Shown here piece by piece: positions 1-14,207 of a stretch of DNA of 64,000 nucleotides. The position numbers and the translations under genes are program-made. Every line of letters starts with the position of its first letter. Position 1 is the first letter of the stretch. The notes under the pieces were generated by a model. It searched no databases. It had not been told where the DNA came from and saw only the letters and a list, made by a program, of their open reading frames with translations. This stretch comes from Balanoglossus misakiensis (taxonomy: Eukaryota; Animalia; Hemichordata), in NCBI GenBank assembly GCA_040954595.2, contig CM082596.2, positions 4,608,181 to 4,672,180 of the forward strand, read 5' to 3'.

Positions 1-1010
1 CCGAGGCAGCTTTTGTTGACATGTTTACACACTTCTCTGGTGCGATATATTTGGCATCCTAGCAAAACAGTGTCTGGAATATTATTTTATCATTTCCGCC
101 AGAGTTTGGTGTACTTGTGACCATGTTGACATTGGTTGGCCTCCATATGAATATGACAGCTCAATGTCGATGTCACTATGGCCACCATATATTGGCCTCT
201 GTTACCATGGTCACTGCAGGTTTGCACCTTTGTTGCCATGTCTACCATAGGTCAACATCTTGGTTACCATATAGTGGGGTCTGTGATTCAAATTCTACCA
301 CAGATTAGTGCCTGTGTTACCAATTCATAACCAATGTTAACGCACAGCAAAAATCAACTATCCAATCACATCAGACTTTCTACTTGAATCCCATCTGCCT
401 AACATTTTCACTTCCACCATTCTATACCGAACAGAGACTTCAGAATTCTTTTTTGGAGTTCAGGCAAAAAAGAACGCTTCACTCACTCAGCAAAGCTGAG
501 TACGTAGGCGCACATACACGCACACGCCCACGTACACGTCAACCGTATTGCGACACCACACACCACACATTATACGGAAACGTATTGTACGATAGAACGC
601 CATGGGTTACGGCTGACGATCTACGTACAACAATGACTAACACCACCACAGAAGTATATATAAATGACATCAAATGGAAAGGCATTTTCATGTTAATGAC
701 CGTGTTTCTATATTTGCACAGTTATGCAGGGGGGGGGGGGGGGACATTTGAATATGTTAGGGCATGATCAATGGCCTTCATTGTTAAATGCATGTGGAAT
801 TTTAACTTTAGAAACAGTAAGGTCAAACTCCAATGGTATTGATATACAATTACATGTACTTTCAATGACCAGCACATCAGATTTTAGACAAAACTACATT
901 CAAAACTCATAAATTTACCGAGAGCTCAGAAAAAGCCAGGAAGTGCAGAGAATTTCTGTAATACACACAAAAGTTACGATGTATGCTCATACGCTACCAT
1001 AGAGAGTAAA

Positions 1011-1073
1011 TACTGTAAAACGGGAATTTTTCACAAACTTCGCGAGAGCCAAAAAAAGACCCGTTTTACAGTA
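1011..1073. mobile_element. Minimal MITE-like remnant with 14-bp terminal inverted repeats including TA ends
   Basis: TACTGTAAAACGGG ... CCCGTTTTACAGTA perfect inverted repeat; internal TTTTCACAAACTTCGCGAGAGCCAAAAAA recurs (reverse-complemented) at ~46970-47019. Confidence 0.65.
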
Positions 1074-4000
1074 TCATGGTTTTAACTGAGCAGGCTTAGT
1101 AAATCATCGGTCGAAATTACAATCGTTGGCTGCGTGCAGTATTTTCGCAACAGGAAGGTGGGGATTACCAGAATATGATAAATTCCAGGCCGGTCGTTCC
1201 GAGCAAGGTGACAGTCAATAGAATCGCTGTTTGGGCGGCTGAAGAGTACTGGTGACAGAGCTATGCCATTAGTTTAATACACGCTGGATGTGTACGTTGT
1301 CAAGGCTAGAACTGTTACTCACCCCCCACACGCACATTTCCACATATATGTAAAGTACCAAAGTAAGTACACTTTTAAAATTAGCTCACACCTTCCTGAA
1401 AATAAATCAAAATACATGTATGTCCAAACCCTAACTCATTTTACCAAACGTCTAGGGTTAGGCTTGCTTTCTGTCAACTAACATCATCACATCAGAGGAG
1501 GAATTATTTCAACATTATTTTGGTCAGATTTTATGTTTTTTTGCTCACTAAAATCCTGAATTTTCACCTGTCAATTAATTTCGATTTAAACCATGATTCC
1601 AGCCTCTAACAACAGTGGTCACTCTCTCTGGAAGAAGTACGACCCCCATCATCATCATCACTACCATCTTACACACAACGAGCTGAACTCCAAACTTGGC
1701 CAGTAGGAAAATACATAAACAAACACAGTAAACCCAGTACACTGACTATTATTAAAAGATTGCAATGGTACTTGGGATGCAGAGGTATTTTTATTTACAA
1801 TTAATCCCACCCTCGTGAGTGTTAAGACTAAGTTAAGAATACCTTAGATTACGTGACACAGCCAACAAATCTAAAACTCTATTTTTATGGTAAAGTTGGA
1901 CCTGTACAACAGACGAGAGAGGGTTACTTTCATGTCATAAATACTCCTACGACATGATTTTGATCAATACCGGAAATGGTGTCCTGATAGTAATCACACT
2001 ATAATCCCCACGTGAAGGGGGTGAGTTGACCCGTGACATCCGATAGGATAGCAGTGTTCTTGTCGCAATTATAGAGAATCAGCCACTACCCAAAAAGTTT
2101 GAGTAAACCATCCAAACTTATCGCCATGACAATGAAACACATTGTTACACCACATAGTCAATCCTGTCTCATATATTCCTCCACCGGATAAATTTGCTTA
2201 CCAGGACAACATATGAAACTATGATCGATGTACTTGATATTAAATAACAGCTAAAAATGACAAAATGTCAAACATTGGGGACTTGTCCCATTTTATCCTT
2301 ATCAGTTCAAAACAATTAGCAAAGATAGAGACACTGTGCTATCATGGTAAGTCACTGCAAATCACCAAATTGATGGATGTCTCAAGAATGGTCAAGTCGG
2401 CTAAAACATGTTAAATGGCCCATGTACCAAGTCACAGCTGATGAAGCCCTCTAATGGGAAATGTGTTTCTATCAATCGTAGCCAGACCATCACCACACAA
2501 ATCTGGTGTAAGTGAGCTACCAAAGGGCAACCTGACCAGCATTTGGCCTGAACCAAATTCTTGTCACAGTCTTGTTCAATTAAATATGCAAATAAGATAA
2601 CAACATGCATGGTATGCCTATCAAATTATCAGAATAATGAGTACAATATGACCTTGTAGAAAGTATCCTATGCTGTATGTCGACCAAACTTTCAGAATTA
2701 TACAAAGTCCAATTTGCTCCTGTCTACCCATGATTCCCTTTGGTAGGGACGAAGCCAACATCACAGATACCATATAGGCTACCACAAACAATGATTCATA
2801 TAATTTTTGACCTGCTTCTAGTCTACGGTGCTTCCTGCAAATGTGCTCGAACATGACCCAATTCCAAATTTGAACCCAAGACTTGTCGCCCACTCCAGGG
2901 TCAAAGGTCAGCTGGCATAAGAATGGGCCCAACTTCGACAGACAGTGCCTAAGTGTATCACTTGACCACATTCCAGCCCTAGGGGGCTCATAAGCAACAC
3001 ATATATTTTGGACATCTCTTTTACAAAGTTGAAATGTTTGTGACTGTCCAAAGCTGTATACTTGAGACGTCAATTTTTGCTTTACGGGACTTCCATCTAG
3101 CTACCTTAACTTCAATCCTGTGTTACAATGTGCGGTTAACCTTTAGCATTTGACCTTTGGCCTCCAGCAGTCTTTCTTCACACAAATCCAGAAGTTATCT
3201 CTCTTCGGACAAAAGAGATGAATTCTTCTGCATTACTTCATAAAGCCCCAGTAGATATAATACATGCATTTCAAAATGCCAGGATCCAGTAGAGTCTTTA
3301 CGTTGTTACTGCCTATAAATTATTACAAGGGATTTTTCTAAAATGTATGAATGGAACCCAATATGATGGAGATGTAAACAGATATGGCATGTTTACATCC
3401 TGACACAGTATATGACCGACAGGTCTGTGTGCGCTATGCTTTTCAGGATTATTGACATTTTCTTAGAGAATTGAACATACTGTTTTTTTACACATTAAAT
3501 CCAAACAAGAAAAAATTTGCATATTTCATTTCATACATGTATAAATATATTTAATAATTTATATGTTTGTAGGTATTGAAAATCTATGATGATTTTAAAA
3601 TACGCTATTACCCTAGCCCCTTGCTCACTCCCCCAATTCTATGTTGTCCAATTTCTTCCTTGGTACAGCTGACGTGTTGGAACACTGACCTTAAACAGGT
3701 CTAATTTTAGGTGAGCATATATGTACATGTATCAGATTCTGACATTGGATCTGATCGGCCTAATGGTCAATAACACTACTGGTATTATTAGTGGGAAAGT
3801 TGCTGTGTGGCCCACACCAATTCTATACATGAACCACCCTCAAGTATGTATTTGAACTTCGACAATGTTCTTTGGATCTATTCAGTTCTGCTGTCTGAGA
3901 TTTGCACATTTTCAACCAATCAGATAACCAACAATTAATTTACACCAGCCCGCATTTGAATAACCAACCTCTCTGTCACCCAATGACCTAACCCCCACAC

Positions 4001-6780
4001 CCCAACAATAAAATCCCTCCCTAAATCACTCGCCCTCATTACTAAAACCCAACCCAAACCAGCCAACCGTGGGTCCCACAACTTCCAAGCGCAGAGTCAC
4101 AGCCTGACCCAGTTTCAGTGCGATAACCCACCCGACTCATTGACCCACCGCCAAAACCGACTTCCAACCAAACTAACCCCCCACCCCACCCCACCCTCGG
4201 TTACACCAACCAACCATTCCATCACAAATCCATCCACTGAAACAATATGGGTGAGAGACCCCCCTACACAATTGCTGGAGCTCTCTCAGCTGCGAGGACA
4301 GGTACAAATTTCCATCAACAACTGTTATTAATAACATACCAGAGCAATTCACAGGCTTCTTTGAAGCCTAGTCTGTGTGTGATCAAATTGATTTCCTCCC
4401 TTATCCACCGCTCAAGCTATTTCCTGTCACAGACATTTATATCTACAACCTTTCACTATCTAATCTACTGCCTTGACCTTCTGTGACCCCTGACCCCCAC
4501 TCAGGTTCAGTTATGTAAATATCGCAAAACAAAGCTATCACTTGGTCTTTAAAACAGTCACTATTCAAAATGTTAATGGTTCACGATTTATTTGGGGGGA
4601 GGGGAGGGGGGTTGGCTTTATGCTAACAACCCCTGTGATGTTCAGATCCATACATCATGACTCTGTCAAGTATTTTCCCAAGAGGAATGCATACATGTAC
4701 CTACACCGAGAAGCCATGATTAAGACTATACCGGCTTCATTTATCCTACCACCGGCACGGCAGCGTCCATTTGCAAAGTGATGACTAGCACAGAGAACAT
4801 CTGGGGATGACAGTATCGATACAGATTCGAATCAACAAGTGTGCCGATCAGGACTGAACTCGATAAAACTTCACCAAGAAAAATGTCCACCACCCCCTGC
4901 ATTGTGATAGTCACTTGAAACTTTAGGTTTTGTGGATTTTCACCGACTGGAATAATAGGTTTGGATGGACAGCTGCTCTTTGCTTAAACCATCCCCAGCA
5001 TTTTAAACAACCCAGTCCAAATCTGCTGACTCGTTACTTTTCACTATACTGGAAATTTCGCGATCATGGAGCAGAACTGATCACATAATATTGTGCTGCA
5101 TCATATCAAAGTACAGACAAGTGGCCCAAGGTTGCGTATGATCTTACAGTTTCCATGACGGTTGTGTCATTTTTCAGCTTTGTGGGAAATGCCACGATTG
5201 GCATGCTGATCATATGTTGTCTATTAGGCTCAAGATGAAAACCAGGCAGAGTTCCAGGCTCCATTAGTGAGGGAATGTCCAGACCACAACTTGGAGTGAT
5301 TCCCTGCATGTTACTCTCATTCACTTTATACTTTTTTGTAAAACACGGAGATAATTGAATAAAGTTGAAAAATTATGAAAGAAAGCAACATAATTTTCTT
5401 ATCACAACCAAAAAACAAAGTGATTATGCTAAGGTGCCATCCCAATGCAATCGATCCAACGGGCAGTTGGTCAAAAGGGTCAATGTCCTCTGTCATCTGG
5501 AGCCAAATTGGGGTGTTCTGGAACCAACTGGTTGCCATATCAATCAAAATTATCTCTAGACATACACGTACGATAAACATTCAGTTATTAATCACATGAC
5601 ATTATGTCTTGTTGAGATGATAAAATCCCAGGAACATTTATGTCTGTGTTGGATTTTCTGTGACATTAGGGCAAGGTTGTTCTCATGCGACAACAACCGG
5701 CCTCCTATGAAACTAAAAGTGATAATATGCTAAAATTTACTTGAAAAAAATTAAAACAGATAGAAATCAGCTCGGTGCAAACCACTATTCATGGAGGGGG
5801 CGTTGGATTATAGTAAAGGTGACTCAATGATATTAAATACTGTGGAATTGACCATTTATGGGTGGCTGTTCGGTAAAGATCATAGCAAATGGCGAAAAAT
5901 GTGGATGCGATTTCGCTATACTTGAAAGAAACGATCCCTCATTTTAATGCCAAAACGCAAGGCCGGACCGTGTTGGAAATATACACGCCCTCTGTTACCC
6001 ATTCACTTCAGTGTGTCAAATTGTGAATGGTTGTGTTGACATTGAATACCTATGTCGGACAGCACTAAACTACTAAAACATCTGTAAAATCGAGAAACCT
6101 GTGGGAAAATCTACCCCATATGTCCAACTTAATATCAAACACAGGACTCGAAAATACCGGGTTTGCCAGAGCAAATATGTACTACGACCCAAACCAAACA
6201 CATTTACATTCAGTGAGCATGGACGCATTATTACACATGCTGATTTCGTCATGCTGAATCGAATATACACTGCAATAAACTTCAACGTGTTGTTTGCCCG
6301 CTGTCACTATGTATACATCCGTGTGATTAAAATTTGGGAGAGAATAGCTGTCATAACACCACTGTGGCTTCTTGGAGGGGGTACGGCCCTCCCCACGGCC
6401 GCCCCCGAAAGCTTTCGGCGAGCGCCAGCGAACGACGTTGCATGCGGAGAAATGGTGCAAAATTTTATGAATGAAAACACTGCTGTATGCAATGCCCACA
6501 TGATTGGCACAGTGCGAATGGCCAGGCAGAGAGATACGGTACCATCGACACGATGGAATTGTATAGGGTTACAAGCCAGAAACAACAAGAGTTTGGAGCC
6601 TATCCCAGTCCCACTCGGTAGTACAGTAGTGGTGCGGCACGGGTGTATTACTATGACAACGGTATCCCCACCCAGAATAATGACGGCTAGTTCAGGGAGG
6701 CAAAACTCCATCCTACCCACGGAACATGTCAACTTCGTCCCCTTTTGCAAAAAACTGACCCCTTCCAAAACACTACTTAC

Positions 6781-6803
6781 TCATCTATACGCTTGTCCGC
6801 CAT
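6781..6803 (-). CDS. Probable first coding exon (MADKRID[E/D]) of an unidentified gene extending left beyond the window
   Basis: CAAG-ATG-GCG start context followed after 23 nt by a consensus donor GA|GTAAGT, inside a CpG-rich promoter-like region; no convincing downstream exon found in 1-6780. Confidence 0.45.
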
Positions 6804-7430
6804 CTTGAACCCGGTCTTAACTGGCCCTCCTTTCGATCTCACATGGCTGTTGTTGTGCTGTCCTAAAATCCGTACGGTGAAATCAGTAAAAACTGGTAGA
6901 AAATGTTTAAAACCGTCAATTCCCTCAGTGCAACACTGAAACCGAAGGAAATGGGTATGGCCGCCTCACCACGACTATGTGAACTTCTGTCGTCGCACGG
7001 TACAGTATAGTTCCTAAAGTAATGGGCAGTTTCTCGCCTCCTCCATACTTTCCCGCCTGTATTCTCCCACAGTTGACTTGCTGGGTGTAAACAAGTTTCG
7101 GTAAGGCCAAATAAATTTACCAAATATCGACGAAATTATCATTTCCGCTCCGAGCCTCAATCAATGCGGAGGGATATCCGTACAGAAAACAACGTAGCGA
7201 GGTAGCGAGTCAATGTTATGCTAATCAGGTCGAAGATTTCTTATCAAGCTGATTCATATTATGGGGCTTGTGAAGACATCCGGATTGCAGGCAATTTTTG
7301 GAACACCAGTTTTCACTGACATTTGACAGATTGGTTGAAATTAATCACGGGGGATCTCTCCCGCGGCTGAGGAGGCAAACTTTGACAAAATTGTGGCCCA
7401 AACAGCATGAACACTTTACATAAATGTAAA

Positions 7431-7621
7431 CCAATCAAGACGCAGACAGCCATGTGATTGTACACTTTATGAATGACCCTATCTTGACGTCACATCAGTC
7501 GCCTAGGAAACGAAATTAAGATGATGACGTTACCGGATGAGGCGGAGCAACGTTTGTTTATTTACTGATTTCGGTTTGTTTGTTTTAATCAAATTATATA
7601 AGAGCTTGGCTGTACTTCAGT
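7431..7621 (+). promoter_or_regulatory. Promoter-like motif cluster (CCAAT, CRE, forkhead-like, TATA, Inr-like)
   Basis: CCAAT 7431-7435; TGACGTCA 7485-7492; TGTTTAT/TGTTTGTTT ~7555-7585; TATATAA 7595-7601; TCAGT 7617-7621. Confidence 0.35.
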
Positions 7622-9359
7622 GACGGCTGAGTGTCAATCTATGGAAGTCGTTGAGGGTCAGTGAGGCATTGCGTGTTAAAGGTTCCAGAAAGTGATTCTT
7701 AAATTTGGAATTATTCTGAGAGAAACGAAGAGGTTCATTCACTATTTCGTTGAAGAAAATCTGTACGCGTTATCTGTCTCTCTCGCTCATCTCACTAGGT
7801 GTAAAATAATGCAGTATTTCTGAAGCTGAGAGTTTTGGTGTTATTTTACTCATTATCGTCGGGACACAATTCTCCAATGTCGCAGTTAATGTATCGCCGC
7901 GGAAGTGCTAAATTACCAAGTCGTGAATATCCGTGAAGTCGGATCACTGAGGCCCATATTGCGGTCAAGACATCAGGTCAACTGCGGCTTCTTCCCGGCG
8001 TCCATCTTTCCATCACTCGTTTTTTTCACTTTCAATCTGTGTGGTATAGGCCTACGGAGCTGTATATGTGATGGTTTGTTTGGACCACATCTTGAACTAT
8101 AGACTGAATAGGGGCGGGTGATTAATGATATCTCGTATGCAGAGGTCAAGCATCGATACCGTCCAGCCACGCACCAGCGGAATTTAGGAAATATTATTAA
8201 ACCATTGTTACACGGTTGGATAGACAAAAACATCCGAGGGCGCACTTGTTAAAAGTTCGCGATAAAGTGCATTGACCTGGGCATGAGTTCCGGCGCGGCG
8301 GCTACGCCCAAAACTCCACCCATGGTCTACCATCAATCACACGTGAACAGGACCACCAGAATTCACAAGCAAAACACAGTTTTACGCAGAGAGACACGTA
8401 CACAAGTTTTATTGTAACAATATAGCACTTTGTATTTTGCTTTCAAGTTTGAACGAACTGTGAATGCGAGTAACTGGAGCTAACACTATGAGCCAATGCA
8501 TGTGTATTGCTGAGGAATACAAGCATATAAACACCAAACAATGGTCAATGAATGATTCCACAAAACTTTGATTACCAGTACAACTGTTACTCAGTCCCTC
8601 TGTGATCATAGATTACAATACATGTTGGTGTAAACTGCTCACCCAATGGGCTATGCATATGGCTGAGCACCAAGAGCGCCCTCTATCTCTGCTGACGAAG
8701 ATAGAAAACCCTTGATACAAGTTTTACACATAATTGCTTAGTAAATGTATGCACAACACACAATCTCCGCCCGCAACTCACAATTTCTCTGAATCACAGT
8801 ATTACTTAGTACGGATTAATTTGGCAGTGTCAATAGGCAAAAAATTCCAATCACTCGTTTCTGATTTGTGTGTGTATGAAGCTCACACAGGCTTAGAACT
8901 AAAGGAAGGATCATTTTGATTTGTTAACAACGGAAAACCAAATATAAAGACAAACATATACAAAAAAGCACTAATTACAATATCAGAACATTACTATACT
9001 TACATTTAAAATATAAGAACATTACCATACTTAATTACAAATCAAATAAAGAGCTACTTTGAATTGTTTACTTGCACTTTCCCTAAAGATGCAAAGTTCA
9101 CTAACCATGGTTGATTACTTTTCAGGAGCAACACGTGTGTAGCACTCCAAGAATCAACAGAGATGTTTTGACCAATATGTGCAATAATGGAGATTTCGTC
9201 AAAGAGAGATGTTAATTGAGACATTATTACTATCTAGAGGTGACTGTATTCCTTTGATCATACAGCCGTAAGCTTCCTTACATTCTGTTGTCTTCCTATT
9301 ACCACGGTAACAAGACTTAAGAAGATGCAGTTTGAAACATACGAGCATCTAGCTGAGCA

Positions 9360-12300
9360 TTACACTATACAAATGACTTCATCATCATCCTTTTTTGCGT
9401 GAGAGTGTCCATCAGTCTTGGCTCTCTTGTGACTTGACAACGGACAGTGCTTTTTGTGTCGCTTCCGAAGCCGCTTCCTGTGATCTGGCGACATGCGGCA
9501 TTCGGTGACGATGACATCACAGTCATTATCGTTGCTGATAGTAGCACCTGTTTCAGGCCGGCTGCCTGACCTGCCACTGGTTTCCTGTACCTGGCTCTCG
9601 CCCTGAGAGGAGTTACAGTGGTTTCCTTGGCGCCTGAAAAACGGCGATATGTTTGTCTGTGCCATCCCCTTGACCAGCCGGTGCTTCCTACAGACCGGGG
9701 GCCAGGGTGTCTTGGCCTTCATGCTCATGCGTGTGGTGCTCTTGATAAACTTCTTTGCGGGCTGTGCAACGGGGGGGTTATTCCTGAAGTGAAACTCTTG
9801 CCTGGCCCGGGCTTCTGTTGCCTCCTCCTCGTCGTCACTGGACAGAAAGATAACATCGACGGCGCTCGATTTCGCCTCTGCATCTTTCCCGCGCCCTTCC
9901 ACGGCAGGTTCGGTTTCGCGTGAATTCGTCACGCGCTTTCTTAATAAGTCAGACGTGACGCTGGGCGACGCGGGGCCCACGCCATTCGGCATTGTGACGA
10001 AAACTTCGTGAGAACTCGAAGTGGCCGAACAGGAGCTTGTGCCTGGACTAGGACCGGAACCGGAGTCGTCCTGCTTCTTTTCTTCGCCGTTTTCAACTAT
10101 GACAAAAACATTCTGCCGGGGTTCCTCGAACAGCAACTTCCGGAGGCTCCTCATGTGAGCGCCGCGCGGCGGGTCATCGTTACACACGTCAATGTCACCC
10201 TCGTCAGAGTCGCTTGCATTGTTTCCAGGTTGACCGCCTGCATCCTGCTGCCCGCGATCCGGTGACCGCGGCTGCACATTCCCGCGATCTGTCGGACTGC
10301 TGACGTCCCCTGCACTGGCACAGTTGGGGGACTGGCGGTACGGGTGTCCCCTGAGCCTGTTGAACACCGGGGACCTCCCCTGGCTGGGCGTGCAGCGGGC
10401 AGGCGCGACTGGTGTGTTGGCCACGTGTGGCATTTCCGTGATGTCCAAGAATCTGTTGGTGCCGGGCGTGGGTGGCGACAGGTTCATCACGGATCTCGGT
10501 GTCCCCGCTCCCAAAAAATGCGACCGGGAATGGAATTGATTTGAGGTTATCCTCCATACAAATGATGGTGGAGTCATCTTCTGAGTTGCGGTACCCTCTG
10601 CGTTCTCTGTCAAGTAAATTAAAAGATTACCATTAAAATCATAAAACAAGAATAGATTCTTTAAAGATTAAATCAAAAGATACATCCGTATTCCTCGCCT
10701 TATTAGGATCCGACGAATGAATGTATGAACTGGACTCTTCACCATCATTGTTTGAAAGTGATTTCAGCCGTAATACGGTCTCTGATTCAGTGAGTGTAAA
10801 ATTAATTTCTGATTGGCGCGTATGTGTTCAATTGTGATAGACTAGCACAGCATGTTCAGACGACCAAAACAGAAACTCACCTTCTTGCAAATGCTGTTTA
10901 CAATCATCACAGGTCCAATTCATTGTGCTCGACTTCAAATCAGAACATTTCATGTGAGTGCCTGCCGAACCACACATGTGACAGATTGTTATTTCCCATT
11001 TGCTGAGAAAGAAAAAAAAAACACACACAAGCATTATATCCACACTTTATGAAATGTTAATCTATTTTCTGTTCAAAATGTGACATAAAATACCAGTGTT
11101 TTAATAAGCATACTTTGAAACATTCAATTTCAATTTCTGATTCTCAATCCTTACCTTCGGTTCTTACTGTACTGTCTGCCATCAGGACACACGCAGTTGG
11201 CAGCATCACATTTACTGTGCCTCTCTAACAACTCCTGGAATGCATTCTCCTCCAACTCCCATGACGCATCCCTGGAACAAACACATCAACAAAAAATATC
11301 CACTTCATTCACTGATAAATTCCACAATCTTGAGTATTTTGAAAGTTTATGTTATTCTACACGTGGATATATAGTGAATCAATGTTCGACCACACACAAC
11401 TTCCATCCCACTTGTAGACACGAGAGTGAAAAACTTGCCAAAATGAATAATCGGGTCTCTACCATTTATTCATTTGGGCAAGAATTTTTACTCTCATTCA
11501 CCAACATTTAAAAAAACTTACTGTTCTGGCACATAGATCCCAAACTCCTGCATTTCCTTCAGGAATTGGTCTCGGTTATTGCATATAGGGCAGCGGAAGA
11601 AGTAGTACCCAGCATTTAATGCTTGGTTCTGAAAAGTTAAGAAATTTCAACATGTCAGCATCTTCTAAACCCCATAGGGACACACTGGATAATTTGAATG
11701 GCCGTTAAGTTCCTCTTGCCCATACGTCACCCTCTCACTCACCTGGACACAATCTCTGTGAAGCCAGCTGTTCTTACAGCACGGTGTCTTCACGATATCC
11801 AACATATCGCTGCTATCAACCATCATCATGCAGATGGGGCATTTGCATTTCCGCGGTTTCTTGCCGTGAAGCTCTTGTTGAGGACGGTGGTCTTTGCAGA
11901 AGGAGCTGCAAAGGTTGGAATGTCGAGCATTACAAAACAAACAGGACAACAGTTGCCAAATTTTGTTTGCAGTTAAAAGGGAAGCGGTCGTTATGCAAAT
12001 TAGCCAAGTCTGTATCAGAACACCACTGCTCACGGTGACTCACCTGAAGTGTCCAAAGAACTGAAACAGCGATCCATTCTCTTTGCCACACGGGAAGTGG
12101 AATTTGAGCTTGCAGGACGGTACCACACATCCGATAGTGGCTCCCTTCTTATTGCAGTAGGTGCAGGTCAGTCGAGAGCCTCTCCTCTGTTCTTTCGCAA
12201 TGTCCTTGAGAAGGAATCCCTGAATGCCTTCGCTGTCTTCACCACGTTGGCTGAGTGCACTGGCAAACAGCTGACAACAAAAACGTTGGATGTTAACATT

Positions 12301-12910
12301 CGTGATTAATCAGATGAGATGAGCATGGCTTGAATATTTATTGATAATTTGCATAATTAATTCAGAAATCAGATATATACGCAGTTCTGGGTTTAGTGAC
12401 CTTAGCCTAGGACAATTTGTGTACAAGACTCACTGCACCACAAAATTCCCTGTTCAAATCAATGTAACAATGTTGCATGAATATCAAGTAATAAAGTATA
12501 AATATGCACTAATTAGCACATACAGCCCGTATTTGTAATTATCAGGGGATGTTGCCAGGAATGAGTGTGTGTTGTTGAAACAATTACCAACTTACCAGAC
12601 AGTAGTAATGAACTGTTGTGTCTTTATAGGAATACAGTTTACCACAGTGCAAGGGATCATCCGTGTTGTGTTCACAGAAAAAACACACTCCTGTGTGATA
12701 ACAACAAAATAACAATATTAATGTATATAAATGTTAAAAGCATTTAACAAAGGCTATATAATATGTCGAGTATTTCTAAATTTACATCAAAATATTATAG
12801 TACCTTGTGCAAGTCCTCTTACGTAAAAAAACATCATTTGAAAATAAGATTGATTTACCTTCTGCAACTGGAGGTCTCGGGAATATTGCCTGTTTCTTCT
12901 TCTTCGACAT
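9360..12910 (-). CDS. G2E3: G2E3/PHF7/pineapple-eye-like PHD/RING zinc-finger protein lacking a HECT domain (8 coding exons)
   Basis: Phase-consistent GT-AG exons 12859-12910, 12596-12690, 12044-12270, 11743-11905, 11522-11628, 11155-11271, 10881-11002, 9360-10606. Family motifs [99 protein letters not shown]2E3 vs PHF7 orthology not resolvable by eye. Confidence 0.88.
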
Positions 12911-14207
12911 GCCAAATTATTTCCGGTGTCCTGCTTTTCCCGACAGTTTGTCTTCAAATATCTTAAAATGAAAACAAGCAAGAATTATTCATGGAAATTA
13001 TTTCAAATTCTGCATAAGCTGAGTACCGTTTTCCCAATAAAATGTCTAGTTATACACGGATTTTTGGAGTTTGTGGGAGTGGGTGGGGCATATCTAGTAA
13101 CTTAGTAAGCCTTTCCTTGTTTGTCCATTTCCCAAACAAAGTGCAGGTATGTGAAATCTTTTCTACATCGATCGACTAAGTTTGCAATATAATAACAGCT
13201 AGTACACTTAAGTACAAATTCCAGCTTGGATTTTAGTTGTGTGGTACGAGACCTTAGGAATTAGCTGCCCTTTAATTTGCATGCAGACACTTCAATTGTT
13301 CATTTCAAACGTTCACGTTTCATGCATTTGAATACGCCGCGCTAACTTTCACTATCAAAGTGTTATGCGGAAAAACTCAATAATTACGCTGGTCTGGATT
13401 AAGTGTCAAACATGATCATTTTGTGTACACCGATCTATCTGTCTTGTACAGATACAAATCTGTGAACAGTATTCGTGGTGCCCTGCCTAATTAGAGTACG
13501 CGGCTTCTGTGTATATTTGGTTGGCCATGATTGGCCTATCCGGACACAGACACAAACGTACACATATTCAAAACTCACAATATAAATAAAGTCGTCAAAC
13601 GAACGATAAGAAGTCTTTTTCAGTGTGGATTTATCACTACTTACAGTTTGTCTTTTTGTGGTGATTATTTTTCTTTGAAACCCACAATCGCATTCGACGA
13701 TCACGTTTCAAAAGCAACGGACAGAGCCGCATGCCCCTTCCGGAATCTTTCGGCGGCGGAGAATGGCGGGTAAGTATGTACACAATGATTGATTACGTTT
13801 AACGCAAGAGTTGATGACGACGGGTTTACATATGAGGTCAGACTTGAGGTTAGTATTTACACTCAGTCACAAGCAGCCAGCAGCTTCTTAACCGGGTGCA
13901 AATCATCCGCTGTCTCAGACTATCTCCTTATAAACTTGATAAGAGCTTTATAGATGATTAAAAAAACAGAATTTGGGCCCGTTGCTCATCTCAAATGCAT
14001 CGAGTCAGCTACTTTGCCCCTTCTTCATAGCGCCCGCAGTGGTAAAGTTTTCCTACTTTTGTTTACATTTCCGGTATCGATTGACAGCTTCGCACCTGCC
14101 TCTCGTCAACATCCCCACATCTGTTTATCGATCGGGTGTTTACATGATGTTGCATAGGTACTACAGACTAAATCATATTGACCTTTGACATAATGGTATT
14201 GTGAAGA
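12911..14207. promoter_or_regulatory. Bidirectional promoter / 5' UTR region between G2E3-like and KLHDC genes
   Basis: Head-to-head starts 1.3 kb apart; CpG-rich patch ~13690-13780 with + strand donor GG|GTAAGT near 13770. Confidence 0.55.

Noticed and set aside
2621-3073. 150-aa minus-strand ORF
   Set aside because: Non-ATG start, no motif, no clear splice sites
6101-6808. 235-aa plus-strand ORF and overlapping minus ORFs
   Set aside because: GTG start, no recognisable domain or exon structure; GC-rich promoter-proximal sequence gives long chance ORFs
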